NCBI GenBank assembly: GCA_964577565.1
Contig: CAZNZL010000001.1
Coordinates: 78,566-142,565 of the forward strand
From: an uncultured Candidatus Saccharibacteria bacterium
GTDB taxonomy: Bacteria > Patescibacteriota > Saccharimonadia > Saccharimonadales > JAGQNJ01
DNA: 64,000 bases
Reading direction: 5' to 3'
Position 1 is the first letter of the stretch, and every line of letters starts with the position of its first letter. Of the stretch, positions 17,933-28,092 are shown piece after piece. The translations under genes were made by a program, and so were the position numbers. The notes under the pieces are model-generated. The model worked only from the letters and a program-made list of their open reading frames with translations, had not been told where the DNA came from and made no database searches.

Positions 17933-18196
17933 TCCCTCCTGTTGTTAATGTTGTTCACGAATAGGGGTCGTCTCATAGTCACCCCAGCGTTCCAGCAGCT
18001 TTAGATCAGGATATTGCCGTGATTTTCTATCCATAAATTTATGGATCCTGTCCTCTACCGTGTAACTCATACCTCACCTCCTTATTGGTTACCACACCAT
18101 CAGCATAGCGACTACGGTACAGAAGGTCTGTAAGCTTAATTACATATTGTTTGTAATATAATTCACACACGTAAGAGTATAATCACCTACAATATA

Positions 18197-18895
18197 ATGG
18201 TCGGACTACGTAAACGAATAAGGGGTACTATGCTGACACATCTTGAGTCACTCTTAAACAATCACGTTAAGCGTAAGTTTAGCGCGGGGTCTACCATTTT
18301 GTACCAAGGTGAGGTGCCACGTTCGGCCTGCATAATTGTGAGCGGCATTGTGCGGGTCTTTAGCATATCGTCGCACGGCGACGAGCAAATTGTGATGTAT
18401 CATGTGCCGGGTGAGTTCTTTCCTTCTTCGTGGATATTCGATAAATCACCCGGTACGCTCTTTTTTTACGAGGCAGTTACCGATTGCGAGATTGCCTTTG
18501 TGCCAAAGCACGAGCTGGTAAATTATATGCTTGCCAAACCTGCCAGGTTATATGCCCTGCTTGATTATTTTACAACCAACTACTCCGCTTCGTTAATACA
18601 CGTAAATGCCCTCGAGCAGCCCAAAGCTCGCGAAAAGCTGCTGTACACCATTTATTACCTGTGTGAGCGCTTTGGCGAAAGACATCGTTCCAAAATACAC
18701 ATTCCCCTTACCCTTACCCACCAGAATTTAGCTAGTCTCGTAGGCTTAACACGCGAAACTACCGCGACAGAAATGAATAAACTAAAGAAACAAAAAGTTC
18801 TAAAATATGATAACCAGCGCTATATAGTTGATGAAGAACGTCTGCTTGATTTAATTGGCGAAGATAGTTTTCGCGGTATAAAAATTAGCGTTTAG
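18197..18895 (+). CDS. Crp/Fnr family transcriptional regulator
   Basis: N-terminal cNMP-binding-like beta-roll and a C-terminal HTH (LTHQNLASLVGLTRETTATEMNKLK). Confidence 0.85.
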   Translation: MVGLRKRIRGTMLTHLESLLNNHVKRKFSAGSTILYQGEVPRSACIIVSGIVRVFSISSHGDEQIVMYHVPGEFFPSSWIFDKSPGTLFFYEAVTDCEIAFVPKHELVNYMLAKPARLYALLDYFTTNYSASLIHVNALEQPKAREKLLYTIYYLCERFGERHRSKIHIPLTLTHQNLASLVGLTRETTATEMNKLKKQKVLKYDNQRYIVDEERLLDLIGEDSFRGIKISV

Positions 18896-19274
18896 CTGGC
18901 TTCTTAGAAGACAGCGTTTCTTTTACAAGCTGAGCTAGCTCGTTAGGTGATGCCCACGCTTTAAGCATGTAGCGGTCAGTGCCTAGCGAATATGCTTCGT
19001 CAATATCTTGCTGGGTGTCCAAATTACTAAAGACAATAACTTTAACGTTTGGATGGTCTTTCTGTAGGTTATAACGTTTTAAAAACTCGGTGCCGTTAAC
19101 TTTTGGCATACGCAAGTCAAGTAAAATTAAGTCTGGTTCGTCTTCCTTAGTTTTTTTAAGGGCCTCTTCACCGTTGGACGCAGTTGTAACCTGGTAGCCT
19201 TCTTTGTCTAAAATAGTTTTGTAAGCTCGGCTTAGAGCCGGTTCGTCTTCAACAATCAAAACTTTATACTTCAC
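18885..19274 (-). CDS. Stand-alone response regulator receiver protein
   Basis: VLIVEDEP, DLILLDLRMP, and a conserved Lys region. There is no output domain. Confidence 0.9.
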   Translation of the reverse strand: MKYKVLIVEDEPALSRAYKTILDKEGYQVTTASNGEEALKKTKEDEPDLILLDLRMPKVNGTEFLKRYNLQKDHPNVKVIVFSNLDTQQDIDEAYSLGTDRYMLKAWASPNELAQLVKETLSSKKPAKR

Positions 19275-19920
19275 GCTTACTCCTCTCTCATGCTACCTTT
19301 GTCTTTAAGATCTCGTTACTTGTCCATAATATAAAACAATAAATATTTACGTGTAATATATTTTACAGCTAGTTGGTTATTTGCCTTAAAAGTATTAAGA
19401 TTACATGCGCTATAGTATGAATTGTAGTGTGCGCATGAAAAAGCACCTGTTCCTGTATCAAACTTATGTGGCTGGATAGCAATGATAAATCTCAGCGTTG
19501 ATCAGGGCAAGGTGCTTCTGACGTTTTACCTCCTGTGGTTGGAGTGTGCGGTCGACTGTCTCTCAATCGACTACTTGTAGTGTAGGCAAGCTCCCCCCTA
19601 CTTGCTATGAATTATTTCACAGCTGACTCCTTACCCTTATCTGTTATAAGTACGCTATTCATCAAGCACTTTTCTCTTTGCGGCCGCGAAGCTGCCTTTA
19701 GGTTTTTGACAACACGAGGTATTGTTATGTTGTTACAAAGTCAACAATTGCTTTATAGCAACGTTTGCATAAGTGGTATTTCACTACTTTGTTTTCAGTA
19801 TCGGGTGGGCTTAGCAAAATTCCGCCGTAATCGTTGAGAGTGTTCTTGCATTTGTCGCATATTGGTTCTATAGCCATGTTTTTTATCCTAAATATTACAC
19901 TGAAATTTAATCACGACCAT

Positions 19921-20346
19921 TTATTCATCAATATAGGTCTTAACATGAGGAATACGCGCGATGAGCACAGCATACAATGCGGCCATGATTGCAATAACAT
20001 ACATTTCAAATCCAATGGCCATGCCAACCGCAGCCGAAAACCATATGCTGGCAGCGGTAGTGACATTGGTTACTTTTTTAGATTTTTCTGACTTTAAAAT
20101 AATACCGGCGCCCAAAAAACCAATACCAGATACAATTTGCGCTGCTATGCGGCCAGGGTCACCGCTATTCAACACGCCTGAAAAAAATGCAAACATCATA
20201 GAACCAGTCACAACTAAAATTTGAGTACTGATTCCTGCCGGCTTACGTTTTAGTTCGCGCTCAACGCCAATCAGCAACCCACAAATTAAGGCTACACCCA
20301 GGCTAATTGCAAACTGAATTTCGGTTGATCCCAAAACACTATCCAT
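19921..20346 (-). CDS. MgtC/SapB family membrane protein
   Basis: GLLIGVERE and GAGIIL motifs; 141 aa. Confidence 0.85.
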   Translation of the reverse strand: MDSVLGSTEIQFAISLGVALICGLLIGVERELKRKPAGISTQILVVTGSMMFAFFSGVLNSGDPGRIAAQIVSGIGFLGAGIILKSEKSKKVTNVTTAASIWFSAAVGMAIGFEMYVIAIMAALYAVLIARIPHVKTYIDE

Positions 20347-20423
20347 ATGTAGTCATTATAGCATTGATATAGGCATATCTCTTGGAGTAGTCACAAATCG
20401 TATGAATAGCGTATCATGAGACT

Positions 20424-20813
20424 ATGAACGCTGACATTCAAACATACAATGCTAATTTAAAGGTACATGATAAAACAATTTGCGATAAACTGGCGAATAT
20501 TATAACGCGCGGGCTACCAGAGGCAGAAAGCAAAATTTGGCATGGTTCACCAGTATGGTTTTTAGACGGCAACCCCATTGTTGGCTATGATAAGTTAAAG
20601 GATTCTGTTAGGTTATTATTTTGGAGTGGCCAATCGTTTGATGAAACGGGGTTAAAGCCAGAAGGTAGTTTTAAGGCGGCTGAGGTGCGCTACACTGACG
20701 CCAACCAAATTAATGAATCAGATATTCAACAATGGCTGCAAAAAGCTACAACTATTCAGTGGGATTACAAAAATATCGTCAAACGCAAAGGCAAACTCGA
20801 ACGCTTACAATAA
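20424..20813 (+). CDS. DUF1801 (YdhG-like) domain protein
   Basis: Size and the WHGSPVWFLDGNPIVGY pattern are typical of DUF1801. Confidence 0.65.
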   Translation: MNADIQTYNANLKVHDKTICDKLANIITRGLPEAESKIWHGSPVWFLDGNPIVGYDKLKDSVRLLFWSGQSFDETGLKPEGSFKAAEVRYTDANQINESDIQQWLQKATTIQWDYKNIVKRKGKLERLQ

Positions 20814-20859
20814 CTATTAATCATTGCCATTAACATACTTCTTTAGATAGTATAGTGGT

Positions 20860-21162
20860 ATGCTTAAGACAATGTTAGCTGAAGGCACGGCACACCAGTT
20901 GCCTGTTGATTTAAAAAAAGCTTTACTGTCAAACAAAAAGGCTCTTGCGGCTTGGCAAGACATTACACCCTTGGCGCGTAACGAGTGGATTTGTTGGACG
21001 GTAACGGTCAAACAACAAAAAACGCGCGACGATCATGTTAAGCGTACTATAAAAGAATTGGTTGAAGGCAAACGCCGCCCATGTTGTTGGGCTGGTTGCA
21101 TTCACCGGCAAGATAAAGCCCCGAGCCTATCGCAAAAATTTGTTTTTAGCAAGCGAAAATAA
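20860..21162 (+). CDS. YdeI/OmpD-associated family protein
   Basis: LPVDLKKAL...ALAAWQDITPLARNEWICW...KTRDDHVKRTI pattern. Confidence 0.7.
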   Translation: MLKTMLAEGTAHQLPVDLKKALLSNKKALAAWQDITPLARNEWICWTVTVKQQKTRDDHVKRTIKELVEGKRRPCCWAGCIHRQDKAPSLSQKFVFSKRK

Positions 21163-21313
21163 CGTATAGGCAGATTTTTTAAAACAGGTGCAATAATATT
21201 TGTTGCACATTCCGTAAAACAGTCCCCACATTCTAACTTTCTTAAGAATGTTAGAAATATTTTTTAGACAAGTACCTTACAAACTATTAACAACCCCTGT
21301 TTGAGTGTAATAA

Positions 21314-21775
21314 CTAGTACTCGCTGATAACAATTTTCTTTTGCTTCATTAAGGTGGCGAAGGCCCCGGGTTTTTTCATAAGCTCTTCCATGTTTGCAGG
21401 TATAATTTGCCAGCTCAGGCCATATTTATCTTTGCACCAGCCGCACTGTTCGGCTTCTGGCACGCTCGAAAGTTTACTCCAATAATAGTCAATTTCTTCT
21501 TGATCTTTACAGTACACTGCAAATGACACCGCCTCATTAAACGTAAATTCAGGGCCCGCGTTAATGGCCGTAAAACGGGTGCCATCCAAAACAAATTCAA
21601 CAGTCAACACCTGACCCGCTAAGTTTTGCTGAAAATCCGCCAAACCCTCTTCGGCGGTTTTAGGATAATGCGCGGTCGAGATAATTTTACTGTTCGGAAA
21701 AACCGATACATAAAAATCCACCGCTTCTTGTGCGTTACCATTAAACCATAAATTTGGTACTATTTTGTGCTGCAT
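21314..21775 (-). CDS. VOC family protein (PhnB / 3-demethylubiquinone methyltransferase-like domain)
   Basis: IVPNLWFNGNAQEAVDFYVSVFPNS and CGWCKDKYGLSWQI motifs. Confidence 0.75.
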   Translation of the reverse strand: MQHKIVPNLWFNGNAQEAVDFYVSVFPNSKIISTAHYPKTAEEGLADFQQNLAGQVLTVEFVLDGTRFTAINAGPEFTFNEAVSFAVYCKDQEEIDYYWSKLSSVPEAEQCGWCKDKYGLSWQIIPANMEELMKKPGAFATLMKQKKIVISEY

Positions 21776-21799
21776 ACGAACCCTTTCTTAAGACATTAT

Positions 21800-22435
21800 T
21801 TAAACAGTATACGTCTCTCCGGGAGTTACGTATATCAATTTTTGGTTTTCTAGCGCATTATTAACGAGGTAGTTGTTGGTAACTTTATTGCCGATATCGC
21901 TATTCAGTGCATTATGTGTTGCTAAGGCAACATTAAAATTACTTGCACGCAGAAACTCAATTGACTCAGAAACCTTAAACCATGGTCCTGATGTAGGAAC
22001 AGCCAGTACTTTTACAGAATCTGGAATGGTTTTGTATGAATCACTTGGGTAATACAGTAAATCATCTATCTTGATTGCAAGTGACCTGCATGGTGATTGC
22101 TGATAAACGACTGCGTGATCCGTCTCATAAAAAGTCACCGTGCAATTACCTAAAGTCTTTGTTTGTTCACCTGTGATAGCGGTTGCGGGTATGCCTTCTT
22201 TGACAAGTTCTTCAACGACAGTTTTAGTTGAAAATATTTTTGCATCAGGGCTCTGCTTTAGGATTTTACGAATATTTTCTACATTAAAATGATCGTAATG
22301 CTCTTCTGTTACGATGATAAAATCAATATTTTCTAGATTGCTGGGCAGGGTGGTGAAGCTGCCCGGATCAACTACTATGTTTGTTGATTCTTTTTCTATG
22401 AATAAGCATGCGTGTTCGTACTTTGTAATTTTCAT
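21800..22435 (-). CDS. MBL-fold hydrolase
   Basis: VTEEHYDHF (degenerate HxHxDH) and the beta-lactamase-fold pattern. Confidence 0.65.
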   Translation of the reverse strand: MKITKYEHACLFIEKESTNIVVDPGSFTTLPSNLENIDFIIVTEEHYDHFNVENIRKILKQSPDAKIFSTKTVVEELVKEGIPATAITGEQTKTLGNCTVTFYETDHAVVYQQSPCRSLAIKIDDLLYYPSDSYKTIPDSVKVLAVPTSGPWFKVSESIEFLRASNFNVALATHNALNSDIGNKVTNNYLVNNALENQKLIYVTPGETYTV

Positions 22436-23391
22436 TGGTTCTCCTCAATTTCTTTTAATGTCACGGGCTGTATGCCGGCTTTGTGAAACTGGAGCGTGCC
22501 AGCAAGCACTGCGCTACGAACGGCATTTTCAAGTGACTCTCCACCTAGTAAACGCGCACATAACGCTGCCAGTACTTGATCACCACAACCCGTCTCATCT
22601 TTGATTTTGCTTTTACTGAGAGATGGAATGGGAATATGCTGTTCTATTGTGTCGCTAAAAAGATACGCACCCTGCGCCCCGGCGGTGATAAGAATATTTT
22701 TAACACCTCGTGATTGAAACACTTTTGCTGCTTGCTTGGCACTCTCAAACCCTGAAATAGGAATACCACTTAAAACCTCTGCTTCATGTTCGTTGGGTTT
22801 AAATAAGAAAATTTTTTCATCTAAAAGTTGCTCTAAATTTTTAGTATCATCAGCGCCGCCCGGGTCAAAGACTACTCGTACGCCTGTTGTTGTAGCTTTT
22901 TCGATGGCGTATTTTGCGGTTTCAATCGGGCAATTACCGATGAATGCCATCAGTCCGTTATTGTTGCCAACTTCATTAAAAAGTGTCGAGGCGGCATCAA
23001 TATCTTCTGGTAAAAAATTTCTGGTAATGCCTGGGGCGCCAATGATCTGGTTATTCCCTTGCTGATCAACAAGAATTAACGCGAAGCCCGGCGATTGATC
23101 GGTGTGGGTACTAACTGCTACATACCTGGTATTAACGCCGGCTTGCTCTAAGGCTGTTACAGGGATTTCCCACAGGCCATACGGGTCTTTAGTAGTTTTG
23201 GAAACCATCGCTACGCTATTTTTGGGCATTAATATCCCAGCCATCGCCGCAATGTTACGTGATTTACCGCCGGGCCCGATTGAGAGAGTTTTACCATTTA
23301 TAAGCTCGCCCTTTTTAGGAAATCTCGGTAACCCATTTACGATGATGTCTGTATTGACCTCACCAATCACAATTAAAGAATGCGTACCCAT
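22432..23391 (-). CDS. PfkB family carbohydrate/nucleoside kinase
   Basis: N-terminal GG motif (GPGGKSRN) and C-terminal DETGCGDQ (DTxGAGD-like). Confidence 0.85.
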   Translation of the reverse strand: MGTHSLIVIGEVNTDIIVNGLPRFPKKGELINGKTLSIGPGGKSRNIAAMAGILMPKNSVAMVSKTTKDPYGLWEIPVTALEQAGVNTRYVAVSTHTDQSPGFALILVDQQGNNQIIGAPGITRNFLPEDIDAASTLFNEVGNNNGLMAFIGNCPIETAKYAIEKATTTGVRVVFDPGGADDTKNLEQLLDEKIFLFKPNEHEAEVLSGIPISGFESAKQAAKVFQSRGVKNILITAGAQGAYLFSDTIEQHIPIPSLSKSKIKDETGCGDQVLAALCARLLGGESLENAVRSAVLAGTLQFHKAGIQPVTLKEIEENQ

Positions 23392-23525
23392 AACTTTATT
23401 ATAGTGGTACGCTGTTGGTATTCAAATTGCTTGCGGTATATACCGGAAACCTGTGACAGATAAGTTTAGTTTTTTACTAGAAGTATTTTAGTAAATTTGT
23501 TTTAGAGTGTTGAAAATAAACTTGT

Positions 23526-23966
23526 TTACTGGATTAAAAGTTCTAGGTCTGGGTGACCTAGTGGCAGCGAAACCAAAAAGTTGTGTACGGGGCTAGTGTT
23601 ACGGGGGTCATCATTTGGAATATACAGATCAATGTGTAAGTCGGGAAGCTCACCGGCTACAACAAAACTAGAAAACTGATGACGAGGAGCCTCCACCACA
23701 AGCGTATCATCTGTTTCTAGCGTGCTACCCCTACTGCCTATAAAATGGCTTAGAAGAAGAGTATCAACAGCTTTACTATCTTTTTTTGCAAATACGACAA
23801 TACTCGAATCTGGATCGCATGTGTCTAGCTCACTGCGTAGGCTTTCTGCGGCCTGAAGAAGTTCATCACTAGTTTTCTCGACTGCCTTTTTGAGGCCCAT
23901 AAATTGGTTAAGTTTGCCAGTTTCTTTAGTGTCGTCTGTTGCTGCACCCTTAAGCGTTTCACCCAT
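23526..23966 (-). CDS. Hypothetical acidic protein
   Basis: 146-aa ORF with no recognisable motif. Confidence 0.45.
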   Translation of the reverse strand: MGETLKGAATDDTKETGKLNQFMGLKKAVEKTSDELLQAAESLRSELDTCDPDSSIVVFAKKDSKAVDTLLLSHFIGSRGSTLETDDTLVVEAPRHQFSSFVVAGELPDLHIDLYIPNDDPRNTSPVHNFLVSLPLGHPDLELLIQ

Positions 23967-24142
23967 ATTTAAACTTCCATGAAATTATATACTCTTAGCA
24001 TAAAGGTACAGTTTCTAAATGCAACCATATGCAACAAGCAGTTCTTGCAAAGCGTCCCTAGATATCTTTATCTACAGAGTCGCTTTTTTTGTGGCCTCCA
24101 ACGATTGAGGAAGTTATAGCGGTCATTAAAAAGGACTGTCGC

Positions 24143-24436
24143 TTAGCTTGAAGTGCCTTTAACAATCTTTTTGGTTATTGATCCTACAAACAGTCGGTAA
24201 GCTGGTCGGTTTTCTTTTTCGTAAATAATTCCAACTCCAAGAACAGAATTGCACTTTGAGCATATCAACTGACTTTTCGTGGTAGAGAAGCCTTCTATTC
24301 TGTCGTAATACATTCGTTTTAATGGGCCTGGGCCGTCCTTCTGGTAATAACAAATATGGTTACCACAATGCTCACAGCAAATATCGAGCATTCTTGACCA
24401 TCCGCCACGAGCTTTCTTGTACTTATCGGTTTTCAT
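24143..24436 (-). CDS. Small zinc-ribbon protein
   Basis: CEHCGNHIC ... CSKCNS (two CxxC pairs). A truncated copy of the first ~55 codons is repeated at 35384-35548. Confidence 0.55.
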   Translation of the reverse strand: MKTDKYKKARGGWSRMLDICCEHCGNHICYYQKDGPGPLKRMYYDRIEGFSTTKSQLICSKCNSVLGVGIIYEKENRPAYRLFVGSITKKIVKGTSS

Positions 24437-24542
24437 ATCTTAATTATCCCATAATTACTGATAAGGGTTTCAATTCTATTCTGGGTATACAAAAAGTCAG
24501 AACCATTTTCACAGTTCTGACTTTATCTTTTCTGGCTTGGCT
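24272..24542. repeat. Direct repeat R1, copy a (271 bp)
   Basis: Matches 35384-35654 at a constant offset of 11112 nt; I noticed only one mismatch by eye. It covers the 5' half of the zinc-ribbon gene plus its upstream region. Confidence 0.85.
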
Positions 24543-24642
24543 TACACTGGCAGACGCATTGCGAACTGCAAGTGTAAATATAAACGATTATAAATCACAA
24601 GCTATTAAAGAAATCTTAATCTAATTTGGATCTGACGGTATA

Positions 24643-24960
24643 TTATATTGAACTTGGATCTATGCCAGAATCTTCTAGGAAAACTCTGTCAGCTGCAATT
24701 CTTAATTCACGGTCGGCATTGTCTGGATCAAAAATAACCTTTTGAAGCATCGCAAGTGCTTCTTGTTTTTTGGCTTGTAATTCAGTGACAAGCTCAGTAG
24801 AAGGATCTTCAATCTCTAAAATTTTAGAATTCAATCGTGAATCGTGAGGTGTAAATACAGAAAATACTCTTCCGCTTTCATCAACTGTTAAATGGCTAGA
24901 GCCACCAGAGGGTGCTTTTTCAATTCTGTTGTAGTATAAATCTTTGTCACAAAAGGCCAT
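24643..24960 (-). CDS. Hypothetical protein
   Basis: 105-aa ORF with no motif recognised. Confidence 0.4.
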   Translation of the reverse strand: MAFCDKDLYYNRIEKAPSGGSSHLTVDESGRVFSVFTPHDSRLNSKILEIEDPSTELVTELQAKKQEALAMLQKVIFDPDNADRELRIAADRVFLEDSGIDPSSI

Positions 24961-24999
24961 AAAATCATAATACTATAATTATATTAATATGTCAAATCT

Positions 25000-25186
25000 T
25001 GGCCCCAGGGATAGGATGGATCAAAAAGATCCGCTACGTCGCTTTCTCGAAGCTAGCTTCTGCGACAGCTCCTTGCGAGCGCACCTACGACCTTTCTGTC
25101 TGCTATCTCATCCAGGTTCGTAGTTTCAAACCCTACCCAACCAATGAAAAAACGACCCTACAAAAAGAGTCGCTTTTCCATGGCTC
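25000..25186. repeat. Direct repeat R2, copy a (187 bp), beginning with a degenerate att-like/tRNA-3'-like sequence
   Basis: Matches 35822-36008 at a constant offset of 10822 nt, with a few substitutions. It starts TGGCCCCAGGGATAGGAT (compare TGGCTCCGGGGATAGGAT of the tRNA-Asn 3' end) and ends TGGCTC. Confidence 0.8.
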
Positions 25187-25213
25187 AGCATACGGGTCAC
25201 GGAATCAATAACA

Positions 25214-25771
25214 GTGTTAAACGAGACAAATGAGACACAGCAAGGACCTTTATGCAAAATCAATTGTGATAAGATTAAGGCTATGCAGAAATTTACTCAA
25301 AAATATACAATCATTTGTTTGCTAGAAGATATTAAAGAAGGATATGAATATCCTTCATCAAAATGGCCCCTTCATACTACCCTTGCGGACACTTTCTCCA
25401 TAGATAAATCCATACATGAATTAGAGGACCTACTGGATCGCATTGCTGCAAGCTCCCGGGGTACAGAGTTGGTCGCTACACACAGCGAATTCTTTGGCCC
25501 TACTCAAGAAATAAAGGTTACAATTTATGAAAAAAATGAAGGCATCAAAAAGCTTCATTATGACATAGTAGAAGCATTGCAAGATCTAGGCGTAGCCTTT
25601 AACGATCCGCAGTACACAAAAGACGGGTTTAAACCACATTCAACCGTCCAGAGTCACGCTGAAGTAAAAGTCGGAGATATAGTTAGGGTAAATAATTTAG
25701 CTATCGTCGATATGTTCCCCAATAAAGATCCTTTCCAAAGGAAAATCTTAAAAAAAGTTAGCTTAAAATAG
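25214..25771 (+). CDS. 2H phosphoesterase superfamily protein (LigT-like)
   Basis: Two HxT/S motifs (PLHTTLAD and KPHSTVQS) at the spacing typical of 2H enzymes. The likely true start is the internal Met (MQKFTQ). Confidence 0.55.
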   Translation: MLNETNETQQGPLCKINCDKIKAMQKFTQKYTIICLLEDIKEGYEYPSSKWPLHTTLADTFSIDKSIHELEDLLDRIAASSRGTELVATHSEFFGPTQEIKVTIYEKNEGIKKLHYDIVEALQDLGVAFNDPQYTKDGFKPHSTVQSHAEVKVGDIVRVNNLAIVDMFPNKDPFQRKILKKVSLK

Positions 25772-25775
25772 TAAG

Positions 25776-26390
25776 TTATAGCTCAAATCTTCTCGATAAG
25801 TATTCTAAGTACTCTGATTGTAAATCAAAATTATTGTAGATATGTATATCTGCTTCATCTCGAACTGCACCCATATTAACTCGTGCGGGATCTGCGTCAT
25901 CTCCTGGGTACATGTCTGCGTCTTCTTCTTCTATAAACTCATCGAAAGTTTTTTTGTCGTCTACCCTGCCTCGCACTGAATTGGATACTCTTTCATATCT
26001 TCTACCTGGCTCTGCGTCAACCCAAACCACAACTCCGTCATGTTCTTTAATTCGCATTGCCTCCTGAGGGTGTCGAATACTAACAACAGATAAACCTCGA
26101 TATCCAATCAGTGCTTTTTCGCCAATATAAGTATGTATCGTTTTGGTAACGAGAATTCCATGATCTCCTGATTCTTCTCGCCATTGCCGACTTAAATCTG
26201 AGAGATTCTTACGCTCAAGGGGAATCCCTTCAGCACGAAGATGCTCACGCAAAATGTCACTAACGGTAACATGTTTACAGGGCGCCTTAATAGACCGGTG
26301 ATATGCAAATGTATCCTTACCAGATCCATTTGTGCCTGCCACTCCAACAACCTCTGGTAGTTTCATGACGTAATTATACAATAAATTCAT
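25776..26390 (-). CDS. P-loop nucleoside/nucleotide kinase-like protein
   Basis: Walker A GVAGTNGSGKDT near the N terminus. Size is about 200 aa, as in dNMP or dephospho-CoA kinase-like enzymes. Confidence 0.55.
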   Translation of the reverse strand: MNLLYNYVMKLPEVVGVAGTNGSGKDTFAYHRSIKAPCKHVTVSDILREHLRAEGIPLERKNLSDLSRQWREESGDHGILVTKTIHTYIGEKALIGYRGLSVVSIRHPQEAMRIKEHDGVVVWVDAEPGRRYERVSNSVRGRVDDKKTFDEFIEEEDADMYPGDDADPARVNMGAVRDEADIHIYNNFDLQSEYLEYLSRRFEL

Positions 26391-26430
26391 CGATTGTCTA
26401 TTAATTACTCGAGAAAGATGGTACTATGGC

Positions 26431-28092
26431 ATGAAAATGAGTACAAAAACTACATTTAATGACTATCTTCATTTTTACCCTAACGAAACTTCAGAACTTG
26501 GTTTGCTTGCCCAATTAATCGACAGTGGTAGTGACATTTTTTCTAGGAAAAACTTTACTGGTCATATAACTGCTAGTGCGTTTGTGGTTAATGAATCAAG
26601 TAGGCAAGTTCTTCTACTGGAGCATAAGGCGTTAAAGAAGTTGTTGCAGCCAGGTGGTCATATTGATCCAGGAGATAAAAATCCAATTGCTGCCGCATTA
26701 CGAGAAGTAGAAGAAGAGACTGGGCTTAGGCCACGTGACCTTACATACCATCCAGCCGTGCCCGGCAGCGATCAAATACCTTTTGATATTGATACTCATG
26801 AGATACCGGAGAATAAAAATAAGGGAGAACCCTTTCATTATCACCATGATTTTAGATTTGTGTTCACAACCAATAAGAGTGATGTGGCTTATGATTCATC
26901 GGAATCTAATAACTTTAAATGGATTGATTGGGAGGATTTTAGAGAGCATCCCAACTTTCGTAAGATTGCAACTAAGATAGAGAGAATCTTCAACCCTAAT
27001 ACAGAGTTTTTCTTCCGCTCACTCACTTCCGGAACTAGTAAAAAAATATCAGTTATTGCCGTTTCGCATATAATTCCAAGTTCGGAAGAGTATATTAAAG
27101 CATTGCAGCAAAACTTCAATTTAATTGGTATAGTTCCCAAGCCGAAATCTATAAATAAAAACTCTCAACAAAGACTTGAGTCGGCTGGTGTAAAAATTCT
27201 ATACGATTTTAATAGAGAGACCATTCTAGAAAACCCAAAGAAATTTATTAGATTATTTAAAAACGAGCAAAAAGTTTGCTTGGTTGATATCGGGGGTTAT
27301 TTTAGCTCCATTACTAAAGAGTTAAAGAATCAACTAGGTGATAAGCTTATCGGCATTATAGAGGATACCGAGAATGGACACCAGAAGTATGAAAAGAATC
27401 CACTCAATGATGTAACGATACTCTCGGTTGCTCGGAGTCCGCTAAAAAACTACGAAGATCAACTTGTTGGTCACGGCGTTGCTCATGCCACTGAAACTGT
27501 GCTCAGACAGATCAATGTTTTAATGTCTTATCGAAGCTGTGGTCTTATTGGTTATGGAAAAATTGGACGTGGAATTGCTGAATATCTTCATCAGCGAAAT
27601 ATTCGCCCAAGGGTCAGTGATGTTAATCCCCTACGAAGCATCCAGGCATCTTGTGATGGGGCCTATGTGTGTAGTACCACTGATGTAATAAGTAAAAGTG
27701 ATATAGTCTTCTGTGCGACCGGAGCTCAAGCAATAGATTTGGTAAATATAGGTGAGCTAAAATCCGGTTCGTATATAGCATCTGCTACTTCATCGGATGA
27801 TGAGTTTAATTTTGAGAATATTGATAAGGAATACAAGAAGGAAATAGTTGACCCACACATAACCAGATACTATAAGCGTGGCCATGAATTCTATCTGTTA
27901 AATGATGGTAATGCAATTAATTTTCTGTTCTCTGCGGCAGTTGATAATTACATTAATCTAGTACAGGGTGAACTAATTTATACGATAGATAGAATTGCAA
28001 ATAAAAAGCCGAGTAAGAAAATACTAACTAACTCTGAGGCTGATCATCACTTTATTGCCAAATCTTGGCTAGACTTCATTAAGCGGCGGTAG
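26431..28092 (+). CDS. Fusion protein: N-terminal NUDIX hydrolase + C-terminal Rossmann NAD-binding domain (adenosylhomocysteinase / 2-hydroxyacid dehydrogenase-like)
   Basis: Nudix box GGHIDPGDKNPIAAALREVEEETGL. The C-terminal half has GLIGYGKIGRGIAEYL (GxGxxG). Confidence 0.6.
   Translation: MKMSTKTTFNDYLHFYPNETSELGLLAQLIDSGSDIFSRKNFTGHITASAFVVNESSRQVLLLEHKALKKLLQPGGHIDPGDKNPIAAALREVEEETGLRPRDLTYHPAVPGSDQIPFDIDTHEIPENKNKGEPFHYHHDFRFVFTTNKSDVAYDSSESNNFKWIDWEDFREHPNFRKIATKIERIFNPNTEFFFRSLTSGTSKKISVIAVSHIIPSSEEYIKALQQNFNLIGIVPKPKSINKNSQQRLESAGVKILYDFNRETILENPKKFIRLFKNEQKVCLVDIGGYFSSITKELKNQLGDKLIGIIEDTENGHQKYEKNPLNDVTILSVARSPLKNYEDQLVGHGVAHATETVLRQINVLMSYRSCGLIGYGKIGRGIAEYLHQRNIRPRVSDVNPLRSIQASCDGAYVCSTTDVISKSDIVFCATGAQAIDLVNIGELKSGSYIASATSSDDEFNFENIDKEYKKEIVDPHITRYYKRGHEFYLLNDGNAINFLFSAAVDNYINLVQGELIYTIDRIANKKPSKKILTNSEADHHFIAKSWLDFIKRR

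Noticed and set aside
19607-20091. ORFs 19607-19837 and 19834-20091 (+).
   Set aside because: They have Cys/Phe/Leu-rich improbable composition and no RBS. The second is antisense to mgtC. They probably reflect non-coding sequence.
24322-24624. 100-aa (+) ORF and its duplicate at 35434-35664.
   Set aside because: Both are antisense shadows of the zinc-ribbon gene and its upstream region. Their duplication is explained by repeat R1.
25000-25186. R2 repeat as a bona fide tRNA gene, because it starts with a tRNA 3'-end-like sequence.
   Set aside because: No cloverleaf can be drawn: no matching acceptor 5' strand, no D arm, no anticodon arm. It looks like a degenerate att fragment plus unrelated hairpins.
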